Shown piece by piece: positions 13,701-25,700 of a stretch of 64,000 nucleotides of DNA. A model generated the notes under the pieces. It was not told the origin of the DNA and made no database searches. It worked only from the letters and a program-made list of their open reading frames with translations. Position 1 is the first letter of the stretch. The number at the start of each line of letters is the position of its first letter. The DNA lies in NCBI RefSeq assembly GCF_009834535.1, contig NC_045696.1, forward strand, positions 64,172,001 to 64,236,000. Reading direction: 5' to 3'. Origin of the DNA: Camelus ferus. Its lineage: Eukaryota. Made by a program: the position numbers and the translations under genes.

Positions 13701-16700
13701 TAGGATGCTATGATCAGAGGCATGTAAGATTACTTGCCTTGTGCTTTATTTTTCTCTTAATTTTCTGTTATTTTCAACACATATTTGTGCTCTAAAGTCT
13801 TCTTCTCTCAGCAACTCGTCTTTTCTGGTCATTACCTTTGTCAGCCCCCTTAGCCTTCTCTTCCTTAACCCCATGTGTGAATGGGGAGCTGTACTTACAT
13901 AGGAGCCGCTGGACCACTGACTCCCAAAGCAAGAGAAATCGAGCAGGGCCAAGTGAACACAATTTATTGTTCCTAGCAACCTGTAAGAACAATAAACATA
14001 AATACACTGTTAGGTAACAGCAATGCTGTTTCTGAATTCCATATTCAAGTGATCCTATTAACGAATTCTTAATTCAATGCAAACCTTTTTTTTTTTTTTT
14101 TTTTTTTTTGGTTTTGAGGGAAACTGTATTGAAGGACCTTACTCTACGTATGATTATGTTCATGTAGGTTACAATACAGCCAAAGGGGACTTGGTGAGAT
14201 CCATCCTCTACCCCCGGCCTCTGAACTTCAAATTATACAGTGATGCCTTCAAGTTCATAGTGTTCCTGGCCTGCCTTGGAGTCATGGGTTTTTTCTATGC
14301 CCTTGGTGTATACGTGTACCATGGAGTAAGTACTAGGGGTAAGGCTTTTAATAGCATAGCTTTCTTTCACCACTTGGGTAGTCGTGAGAGTTTACTGCAT
14401 TTGTGGCATTTGTGAGATCCTAGTCCAACCAGCCTCAGAGGAAACACACATGTCTCAAGCCTGATTTGATGGGGAGGATTTAGTCAGTTGTATCAGAGAG
14501 CAGGAAGGATATACTAATTTGAATGAGCAAAATGCAAAGGAAGAAAAGCATTACAGAGGTATTCTGGAACCAGAAAGCAATTAAGAGATGAGTCTAGCAA
14601 AGTAGGAGTAGACCAGATTGAAGGGGACCTTGAATGCCTTGCCTAGAAGTCTGGACTATTGGAGAGTGTTGAAGTATTTGAGTGTGTACATTGTCCATGG
14701 CTTACCCATGGACACACCATGCAGTCAGTGAGTTTCCCTGTGTTCTTGTTAGCTTCTGAGATGAAATTAAATGTCTACTTTTACAGAGCTGTGTACTGTA
14801 TGAATCCCCACTTCCCTTTTTAAATTTCAGGCTTTCCGGTTTTATTTGGATATCTCTCTTAAGAGTTGTGATAGCTGTAGAGGAAAGGGTGGTCACCAAT
14901 GACCTCTGAGGTCCTTTCTGGCCCTGAGAGTCTGATTCTGTTATGAATTGTGTAGTCTCTTCCACAAAACATGCTGGGATCTTAGCAGTGTGGGCTTATC
15001 AGGAGGAATAAAACATTATAAATAAAAAGATCTAAACACAGGTATGAAACTGGGGCTGAGTGACCTATTTTCAATGCCCAACTTAATGACATCAGAGATG
15101 GTATGTGTGCTGAGGAAAGGAGGCAAAAACACAGTCATAAGAATTTCTGGGTAATGTTCATGCTCAAACTTGAGCTCTGGGTAGTCATTTCAACCTGAAA
15201 TAAGCCCTCAGGGAGCATTTTTAAAGGCAAGAAGGGCAGAGGAGGCCAGGGCACACTGGTGATGGTAGAATGGAGCCTGGACAGAGCGAGGCAGAATGTC
15301 AAAGCCAGTGGGGCTGGAATTTGAGGCCAATTTCATCTGGGAAGCAGGAACACTGAGCAGGCTAACCTGCACATCCCTCCCCTCCCTAGGTCTCTCAAAG
15401 AGATACTGCAGCCATGGCCCTGCTCCTTCTGACCGTGACTGTCCCTGCTGTGTTGCCCGCTGCCCTGACCACAGGCATCGTGTACGCACAAAAGAGGATG
15501 AGAAAAAAGAAAATCTTCTGTATCTCCCCGCAGAGAATCAACATGTGTGGACAAATCAACCTCGTGTGCTTTGACAAAGTATGAGCTCAACTTTCCAGGT
15601 TGGAGGTCACCAACTTTCAAGACACAACCGAGTTGGGAAGGGCCTCAGAAACTGTCCAGTCCAGCACCCCCATTTTACAGATGGGAACACTGAGGCCAGA
15701 GAAGGTCACCAAGTGAGCTAGTAGGAGATCATGTTCTAGATCACGCTTCCACTTACCCAAGTCCTAAGGAAGTAGTTTAGCCATCACGTCATGAATTTCT
15801 TCTCCGTGAAATTTAATATTTTTGTGCCTGTTTCAGGTTTCAAAACCATCTCATAATGTCATAACTTTTATGACTAACTGGCTTTTTCTGGCAAAAAATA
15901 TGAGGAACACTTCTGTTCCCTGAAACACTTTGTCCAGAGCTTAAGTGAGCATCTTCCTTTCTCCTCTGCTGCTTCTTTTAAGGAAAAGGAGGGAGTGGAC
16001 CAGGATGCATGTTTACACACTCTGGATCCTCTTTCCTCTTTTGCTTCCCAGGGTATTAGGATTCAGGACTAGGGCAGGTTGTCTGTGCTTAGGGCCTTGG
16101 AAAGGTGGCAGAGGAGAAATGTGTTTGGGGGGTGGGGGGTGGGGGACAGCTGCTGCAGAACAGTCCCGAGACCTCTCCCTGTGGCTTTCCTGTTGGGGAC
16201 CTGGAGGGGATATACAGTGTCTGTCAGCCATCTCAGCTTCCATCCCGCCCTCACCTCAGGCACCCAGTTTACTGGCTCTAATGCAGTGGACCCGACCTGG
16301 TTTCTCCGTGTCTTCAGTTCATTTGCATGCAAATAATTGATAAAGGCTTCGCCACTTTTTGGTTAACCCACCTCGGCAGAGAGCCCCATTCACGAGACAT
16401 TCCTAGCTTTTGAGAAGCTCATGGTCTAGCTGAAGAAGCAGCCAGAAGGGAAGTGTAGACAAAGAAAACGCAGAGAGATGCGTACTGAAAGAGATGAGCC
16501 AAATGTTGGGTGCAGTTACCTGCCACAGGTGGGATGTCCCCTTTGAGCTGTGGCTTTGATTGTCAGACAGAATGGGCCCAGCCTCAGCGGCGAGCAGCTC
16601 AGAAAACAGGGAAGTGAGGGCTGCAGCATGTGGTGACTGGGACCATGGATAGTGAGAATGCAGCTGCTTGGAAGGGATGCAGCTGTTTGGGAGGAGTCAA

Positions 16701-19700
16701 CTGCTGCGGGTCTGATGTGCCAAGCTAAGGGGTGGAGAATGGGAGCCCTTCTGATTTTTTAAGATCAGTGGCATCTCTCTTGGTTTGTTTTATTTATTCC
16801 ATTTGCGAAACTTGTGAGAAGGGATGAGAGAGAGCTAGGACTAATGCTGCCAGAAAATGGGTTCTTGCCTCGTACAAGAAAGAATTCAAGAACAAAGCAT
16901 AGTAAAGAAAAGTCAGGGAGATAAGTACTCCATAGACAGAGTGTGGGCCATCTCAGAAGGCAAGAGAGAGAGCAACCTCCAGGTATGGGGTTGTTAGTTT
17001 TTATGGGCTTGCTAATTTCATATGCTAATGAGTAGGAGAATTATTCCAACAATTTGGGGGGGGGATTTCCAGGAATTGGGCCCCCACCCACTTTTGGACC
17101 TTTTATGGTCAGCCAAGGAACTGTCATGGCGTCTGTGAGTGTGCCATGAGGCTCAAGGTCTACTGGAAGCCAAATCTTCCACCATCTTGGTTCTAACCAG
17201 TTTGTCCTCAATCACTGTGCCATTCCTTCAGTGGTTGTGCCCTGGCCCCTTCCCTCCTGTCTCACTAAGTCAGGAGGCCACCTGGGGACAACAGAAGAAA
17301 TGGCTCATTTTCCTACACAAGGAGGGCAGGGATGGAGAGCCCAGGACATGCTGGAGAGACACCATGAGCAGACATGACATGTCTTGGTCCCCAGGTGGAA
17401 GGGGCATAGCTCTACATCACTTCAGTTCTTGTTCAGTTTCCTTTGGCAAAGAAACCATCAGAGTTAACTTAAAAGTAGCCTCCTTTTAGATGCAGGGCCA
17501 GAGATCAGCCCCTAATAGGGATTCCCATCACTTACCCAGCAGCCTCACCAGTGTCTAGGATACCAGAGGGAGATTTATAAAATATGTTCATTACATATGC
17601 ATCTGTTTCTAAAACTAATTTTTCTGGAAGTGTTCATCTTACTTCCTGTATAAAGCTTTCTCTCCACATCCTCATGTGCTCCTTTGTTCGACTGTGTCAG
17701 GGACTGCACATCAGCAGGCTTGGCCGAATGCTATAAAGCCTGATGGCATATTATTGTGCAAAGAACATTTTTTTAAATTGAAGTATAGTCAAATTAAAAT
17801 ATTGTGTTAGTCTCTGGTGTACATCATAGTGATTCAGTTATACACAGACATATATATATATATACACTCTTTTTCATTATAGGTTACTACAAGATATTGA
17901 ACATAGTTCCTTGTGCTGTACAGTAGGACCTTGTTGTTTCTCTGTTTTCTGTATAGTAGTTAATATCTTCAAATCCCAAGCTTCCAATTTATCTCCCTCC
18001 CTTTTCCTCTGGGTAACCGTAAGTTTGTTTTCTATGTCTAGTGAGTCTATTTCTGTTTTGTAAATATGTTCATTTGTGTCATTTTTTAAGATTTCACATA
18101 TAAGTGATATCATATGGTATTTTTCTTTCTCTTTCTGGCTTACTTCACTTAGTATGATAATCTCTAGGTCCATCCATGTTGCTGTAAATGGCATGTTTCA
18201 TTCTTTTTTATGGCCGAGTAATATTCCATTGTACGTGTATACCACAACTTCTTTATCCAGTCATCTGTTGATAGACATTTAGATTGCTTCCATGTCTTGG
18301 CTATTGTAAATAGTGCTGCTATGAACCTTAGGGTGCATGTATCTTTTTGAATTAGAGCTCCATCCAGATTATTATCCACCTAGGAGTGGGATTGCTGGGT
18401 CATATGGTAAGACCATTTTTAATTTTTCAAGGAATCTCTATACTGTTTTCCATAGTGGCTGCACCAAATTACATTCTCACAAACAGTGTAGAAGGGTCCC
18501 ATTTTCTCCACACAGTCTCCAGCATTTATCATTTGCAGACTTTTTAATGATGACCATTCTGACTGATGTGAGGTGAGACCTCATTGTAGTTTTGATTGTG
18601 CAAAGATCTCTTGATTGGGAATCAGGAAAATGAGACATCTAATCCTGAATTTGACACTAAGTTTCTGTGTGACTTTTGAAGCTAAGAAGGTTGAACTACA
18701 ATCACCTCTAAGTTTTTTTTCTGTCTTTCATATTATAAAACTACCAATACAATGTTGGAATCAAGCACTCTACAACTAATTGAATTTCCATCTAGTATTA
18801 TTTCAATTTAGAAGATACTCACCACAGACTTTTTGAATACATTTGTTCCCATCTATTTCTAGTTTACATTGGTTTGTTATAAGTTCACTAAAACAAGTTT
18901 TCTCTTTCTTTTTTATTCAGTTCAGCCCAAGACTGGGCTAGTATGTATGCTAAGAAGTGTTCTTTTTCTGTCTTATTCCATTTAGAACAGCAACTATAAT
19001 TTAGGGGGTTTTTTTCTCCCATTATGGCTAGTTTTACTGTATCAGGGTCATTTTCATGTAAAGAAATAACATGGTCCTATATCTGTTTTGCTGCAGTATC
19101 ATCTCTGTTTTCATGTTCAAGATACTGATGTTTAAAAGTGTAATCTGATCATCAGGAAAACATTCCAGTTTGGATTAAGTTGCTAACTGTTTTTGAAGTG
19201 GAACAATTCAAGAGCATTTAGAATCTAAACACACAGATGAGGGCCCTTATAAAATACAGAAGGGAAATGAAGCAGATAGTCTTTTTTGTTTGTTGTTTGT
19301 TTGGTTTTTTTTTTCCTGTTGTTATTCTTCAAGGAATAACTCACACAAAGCATGTTAGCTCCCCATGAAGGCCGAATGAATTAAGAAAGCAAGATTCCTT
19401 ACTTCCTTAATCCAGAAGCCCACTGGGGGCTTTGTCTTTCAATATGCTTTGCAGAATTTATATAACATTTGCCATCTGGAGGACAGCTCCAGACAGGCTG
19501 GATTCTGGTTCTTCCTCTCCAACCTGCAGGCCCCTGGACCCCAAGGACTCTCATTTCACCTCTAATCTGAGGATATCTCTATCCTAATTACTCAGCTGTA
19601 AGAGCGAGAGCAGTTGTGAGCACTTCACCGCAAGCATTATGCTAATGTGATGTGCTGTCATGGTAGGAGATACCATTTGATAGAAAACTGGAAATTTCAG

Positions 19701-22700
19701 TGTCTTACACAGAGATGACTTTAAAGAAAAATAGTGTCACAGACCTGGATGTCAGTGTTAAAAGGATGTTCCCTCGTGCATGGAGATGCTCTGCTCTGCC
19801 TTGATGGTGCTGGGGCAGCTGGGCTACCTCCTTACTCTGGAGCTGGGTGTTAAGCAGGCCTAATGCTATTAGCCTACTGCCTACAGACACCGGGGTCTGT
19901 AATTAGTGATCGACTGTGAGGCAATGAGCAGACGGAAGGTGCTAGGTTAGTCCTCAATTCCATTTTGCTTTCTCTGTTACACTATCTGACAAATACTTGC
20001 CCATAATACAGCAAATCAGATCTCCCAACCATTTTCCTCTTGATCTAACAGTAAACTCACCCATGGGCATTAATTAATAGTTATGTTAGCACTTCATTTC
20101 TCTCTAGAGTCTCAAAGCCCTTTATCAACATTTTGTTTTTGTTATCAATCTGGACAGTCACCATGTCACCCATATTTGTAGGAAATAGGTGTGAACCAGC
20201 TGGCAGACTGTGAATGAAATAGTCTTGAAAAGAAAGACAAAGAAATTTCCAGCTCGGCTTTAGACAGACAGCAGGTGCCAACTGAAAAGTCAAACTCGAG
20301 CTGGTTCTTGTTGGCTTTCTATTCACTGAAACTTTCTCATTTAGCAACAGCAACAGTCACAACAATAAAAAAAAAAAAAAAAAAACCTACATTTTGTAAT
20401 AATTGAGAGCTTGACTCACCTGATTTTCAACATGGTCCTTTGGGAATCATTTGTCACCTCCTCAATCTCTCTTTCAGGCTCTCTTCTCTGATTCAAAATT
20501 AGACGCTTACAAATATTTAATAAGTTAATATTTTATCTACAAAGGGAGCATTACCTCTAAAAATGCTGAATCATTATATTGTGCACCTGTAATTTCATGA
20601 TATTGTATATTAATTATGCTTCAATAAAAATAGAATAGAAAAAATAAAATAAACATTTGATGTAAAAAAAATAAGGGCTTGGGACAATTAGATGTACTTT
20701 AATTTGTTGGGAGCTGGGGTTTTGTGTAAATCATCATATAATTAAAAGCTCTGAATCTTATGCTAAAACCAATGTTAATTTTTTCCAGACTGGTACTCTT
20801 ACGGAAGATGGACTGGACCTCTGGGGGACTGTCCCTACTGCTAACAACTGGTAGGCACTTCAGTGAAGATGGAAATGTGTGATTGGTGGGGCTATTTTGG
20901 TGACATTCTAACCCACCCTTCCAGTGTTGAGGGATGAATCTCACATAAAATATATATAATAATTGGCTGGTACCAGCTCCCCATTAGTCTAACTTGTGAA
21001 ATTAAATGAGTTCTAAGTTCAGAATCAAACAGGGAAAGTAGGTCTTCAAACTTCACATGAAAAATGGAATTGAATACAGTGGATGATTAGGGAGTTGAAT
21101 GAATAAAACAGAGAAGCAAAGAGTGAAATCAAGACTGTGCTTAATTCAAAACTGCACAGACTTCCTGGGTGTCTTGTGAGGTGGGAGATCCAGAGAGGAA
21201 GAAGTCCATCTCCCCCCTCGTGGGGTTCACAGTCTAGTGGGATTGGAGGTGCAGATGCACTCACCTTCAACGTACAGAGGAAAAGTTTGCAGTTATGGCA
21301 TGGAAATCAGAATAGAGGAGAAGACATTATAATGATCGCTTCATCTAAAACAAGTCCTGAGTTTGATATGAAAAGTCCTATGTGATAGAAAACGCAGTCC
21401 TGATTTTTATAACATAGTGGATAAAAGGTAGAGACTAATTTTGAAAATGAATGGAACCAGGAAAACCAATCTGAAGGAGAGAGCACTTGAGAGGTTCTGA
21501 AGGGGATAAGGCTAGAATTTTTACTAATTTGGTTTAAAAGTTGGCACTAGGGAGGGGAGAGGGCAATCACATAGGTGCTCCCCCAGAACAGAGCTAGAGA
21601 CGGGAGGGAGGGCTTGTCTGCAGAGAGGACCCCTGAACTCTCTTCTCTGCGGGGCCGGGACCTGTCTTCTCAGTCCAAGTGGAGAAGCCTCTGCTCTTAA
21701 GTTCTGGGTAGCCCGCCTGGGCTCCAGACAGTGGCCGAGGCTGCTGTCATTGAAGGGGTCATGCAGGGGCCTCCCAGGATGGTGACGGGGCCGGGTGCAG
21801 CACTGGCACAAGGGAACAGCAGTCAGGCAGTGAGACGGAGCAGAAGACACCTGGGCCGGGGGTCGATACACTGCCTGGGCTCTAGCCCTGTCCATGTGCC
21901 ACTGCTCCAGGCTGCTCCAATGCCCAGCTCAGGCCTTTGTCCAGGGCAGCCAGTGGCCAGAGCATTGAAAGGGGAAAGAGAGGTTTGCAATTTCCACCCC
22001 TTCTCTCCCTCCCTTGCCCCTAGTACTCTGAAAGTTTGGGGGAAGTAGAAACAGCTAGACATAGTTATTATTCAGCTTTAAGATGGGAGGATAGAAGTCA
22101 AGCCAAGCCAGTCTACAGTCAAAGAGAGCAGTGAGTTTTAGTTGCTGGATATCCATGCTGGGAGTTTCAGGCAATAGGCACAAAGGCCAAAGGGCCGAGT
22201 AGTGAGAACCATTTCAGAGTCCACGCGTGCTCTGCTTGAAGGAGAAAGGAACCAGCAAGTAGGCTTCCTTCCCATCCTGGTTACCCCATTCACCTGGAGA
22301 CACTTGGCCTGGGTTGTGTGGCTTTCTAGAAGCAGCTCTGCAGTTTGCAGGTGTCAGCTGTGAGCCTTCCCACAATGCGCCTTCCCTCACGACTGCCACC
22401 CCCGGGCTGACTGCCGGTAACCTGGCAAAAGTCCCTGTGACTGTACCCAAGTACTCAGACTTTATCATACAGGGCATGGGGAACGGTGAAAGGTTTTGAG
22501 CACAGCGGTTAGGTTAAGCTTGTGTCAGTAAGATTTAAGGGGAAAGGTGTGCAAAATGAGTTTGTTGAAGATCTTAACTTACTGATTACCTTCCCTACCA
22601 GTTTCCAGGAAGTCCACAGCTTTACCTCAGGCAGGGCTTTGCCGTGGGGCCCTCTGTGTGCAGCCATGGCCAGCTGCCACTCCCTGATCCTCCTGGACGG

Positions 22701-25700
22701 GACCATCCAGGGAGACCCACTGGACCTCAAGATGTTTGAGGGCACTGCCTGGGTAAGGTGACAGTTTCTCAGTTCAACTGAATGAGGAAAACTTAAAGAA
22801 ATACTGAGAGTTTATTTCCTAACTTCGGTTGACACTCAGATTCACAGCAATATACAAATGAAGGTCTGGTCCTACCTGAATTTCCCAACCTCTGCACCAA
22901 GACTTTGTTAATGAGACCAACATGAAATAAGTTTCCATGGTCGAATAAATTTGGGAACCACTGTTTAAACAAGGTTAAGCTGATTTCTTGACTATGGGGA
23001 TTTCGTTAATCTACTGCGGTGCATTGTGAACATTCACCAGGGGCTATGATACGCAGCATTTGCTAAACCTGTTTCACCACAAAAACCTTGACAGGCCAAA
23101 ACATGGTACAAAACACTCTCAGAGACATCCTGGTCTAAAGAAGTACTGATCAATACAGTAGCCACTAGCCACGTGTGGCTACAGAACACATGAAATGTGG
23201 GTATGCAACTGAGGAACTGAATTTTAAATGTTATTATTTAATTAATTGTAATTTAAATTTAAATAGCCACAAGTGGCTCGTAGCGGCTGTGATAGACAGG
23301 AAAGGTCTCGACACCGAAATGGAGGTCCCTCAATCCAGCAGGTTCAGTGTCCTGAGCTGAGTGTGAATGATGTTTGAAGGGTATAAGCCCATTTTGGTGG
23401 CTTTCGTGACGCAGTGGGAAAACCTCTCGACTCCACTACTCTCCAGCTGCGTGACTCCAAATCCAGAATGAAGACTCTGAGTCATTACCTCATCTGTGCA
23501 TTTTGCTAATAACGCCTCATTTATGGAGCATTGAGAGTGTGAACCGAAGAGGCTGCGTGCATTGGAAAGTGCCCAAACAATGGAGGGTATTCATTCATTC
23601 ATTAGTTAGTTAATTAATTACATTGTTCTGTCCTCAAAAAAAAAAAAAAATAAACATGCTCTAAAGCTTCTTACAATGACACTTCAAGTATAGGACAGCA
23701 TTTCAACAAAGTTGTAGAGGAATGAAAACAAATGATTGTAGGGATGTGAAGAACACAAAAAGGCTAATTGAAAGATTTATTGTACAAAAACTGTAGCTTT
23801 CTAGAGGCTAAGGTAATAATAGGAGAAACCTGGTAAATGGGGAAATTTCTGATATCAGTAAGTTAAAATTAAAGACTTTGCTGTGGAGAAGTGTTTGATA
23901 TAAAGACAAAACAGAAATTACTTTCTTGGATCGTAGTGGAGAGGCATCAGTGTAATGATTATAAGCAACGTCCTCACCAGCATCATTGGTGCTGACGCCG
24001 TGGTGAGCTGCACATGGTCATTACTGCTGTATGTGACTTTGATCCTGGTTCCAACAGTGCCCCCTTCTCCATTGGAGGAGGCTTGATCTATCTGTACAAA
24101 TGGCGTACATGTTGGGGTCTCATGCATAATACTATAATATCGATAGTATTAGCTCTGTGAGAACAGTTGTATCCACTCCAAACAAAGCATAAAAGTGTGA
24201 GATTGTTCACTGACTTTAAAGCTGGATGAGAAAGTCTCCAGTTAAATATCTTTGGTAGTTAGGAGCTTTTCACTAAACATAAAGGGGAGGAAAAATGTCC
24301 TTATAGACTCTAAGAATGTTTACTAGCAGGGAGGTCAGAATATTTTTCAGAAGAAAGCGAGATCTCGAGAAATGATACGATGTCCCCAAGGCTGGACAAG
24401 TAAAATGATTGAGCAGAGACCAGATGTTGTCTCCTATTTTCTGACTTCTACTGTTTACATATCTGACTGCTTTTCCCATATTTTAGCTTAATATTGGTTT
24501 CTCAGGTGGTATAACTTATACTGTTGTAACATCCAAAGAATACAAACTATTGTCAAATACGCTTTCTAATCGGCTAACAGCTAACTTGTAACTCTCTAGT
24601 TAGCCAATTAGGCTAGGAGCATAGACAGAGCATAAGAAATAGTTCTGTGCTCATCTCAAGACTCAGTTCTCAGTCATCTGAGAGCTCATGCCCTCAGGTA
24701 CACTGGAGGGTAGATTCCACTTCAACCCTCGTCCATTTACTAGACATGCCTTTTAGGAAGAGCCAGTGGGCTGTCATTAGCATTTCTTCCAGCAATTACT
24801 ACTTAAAATGTGGTCACAATAATTCTGGCTTCTTGACATTTTACAATAAGGTCCGTAATATGAACCAACACAACAGAAATTGGACAAGGATGGTATTAAG
24901 ATAATTGGCCTAGAAGAGAAAATATGTGAAAAGGGCTCTGAAAAGATTAAAGTGTCATGCCAATCAGAGGTAGTTCTTTCTTAGTATTTTTCTCGAAGTG
25001 ATGCTATGAATGTTTTCCTTTTAAAACAGGTAATGGAAGATTGCAATGTGGACTACTGCGAATTTGGGACGTCAGATACAAACATAATAATAAAACCAGG
25101 ACCAAAAGCCAGTCGGGTATGATTTGCTTCTTCAAATTATATAAATATTTCCCCTTAAAACGGGTGAAATGCCCCTGACTTTTATGTATTTTTATATTCC
25201 TGCTATTTTGGCTTATCCTAATGGTGTCCATAGTTGGTTTGCTCATTCTTGATTCCTGGATTTATCCATTAATTGACTCAACAAACATTCACAGGGTACT
25301 TGTGTATGCTCGAGCACTGTGCTAGGTGCTCAGGGATAAAGTGATTTCAAAACGAGACACGTTGGGCTCTGTTGGAGGAAAACGTGGGCTGATGGAAAAA
25401 TTAGTAGAGGTGCAAGTAAATGCAATACGACGTGCCAAGTGCTATAACAAAGGCTGAAGAAAGAACAGCAGGAGTCCAGAGGTGGGAGTGAACTCTGTTT
25501 CTGGGAGAGAAGTACCAGAGGAGGTGCCCTGTGAGCTTGGACTGGAAGATGATTGGGGTTTCTCCAGACAGCCAAGGGGAAGGGTCTTTCAGACCAGACA
25601 GCTTGATGAGGGAATCGCCTTAAACACAGTCAGAAAAATATCAATGCTGTGACAATATACCACTTCATGGTGTCCCTGGGCTCAGTGCAGAGTCAAGCTT

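Noticed and set aside
17877..18379. ORFs of 105 and 71 aa as a possible nested gene
   Set aside because: They are frameshifted L1 ORF2 C-terminal remnants inside a TSD-flanked L1.
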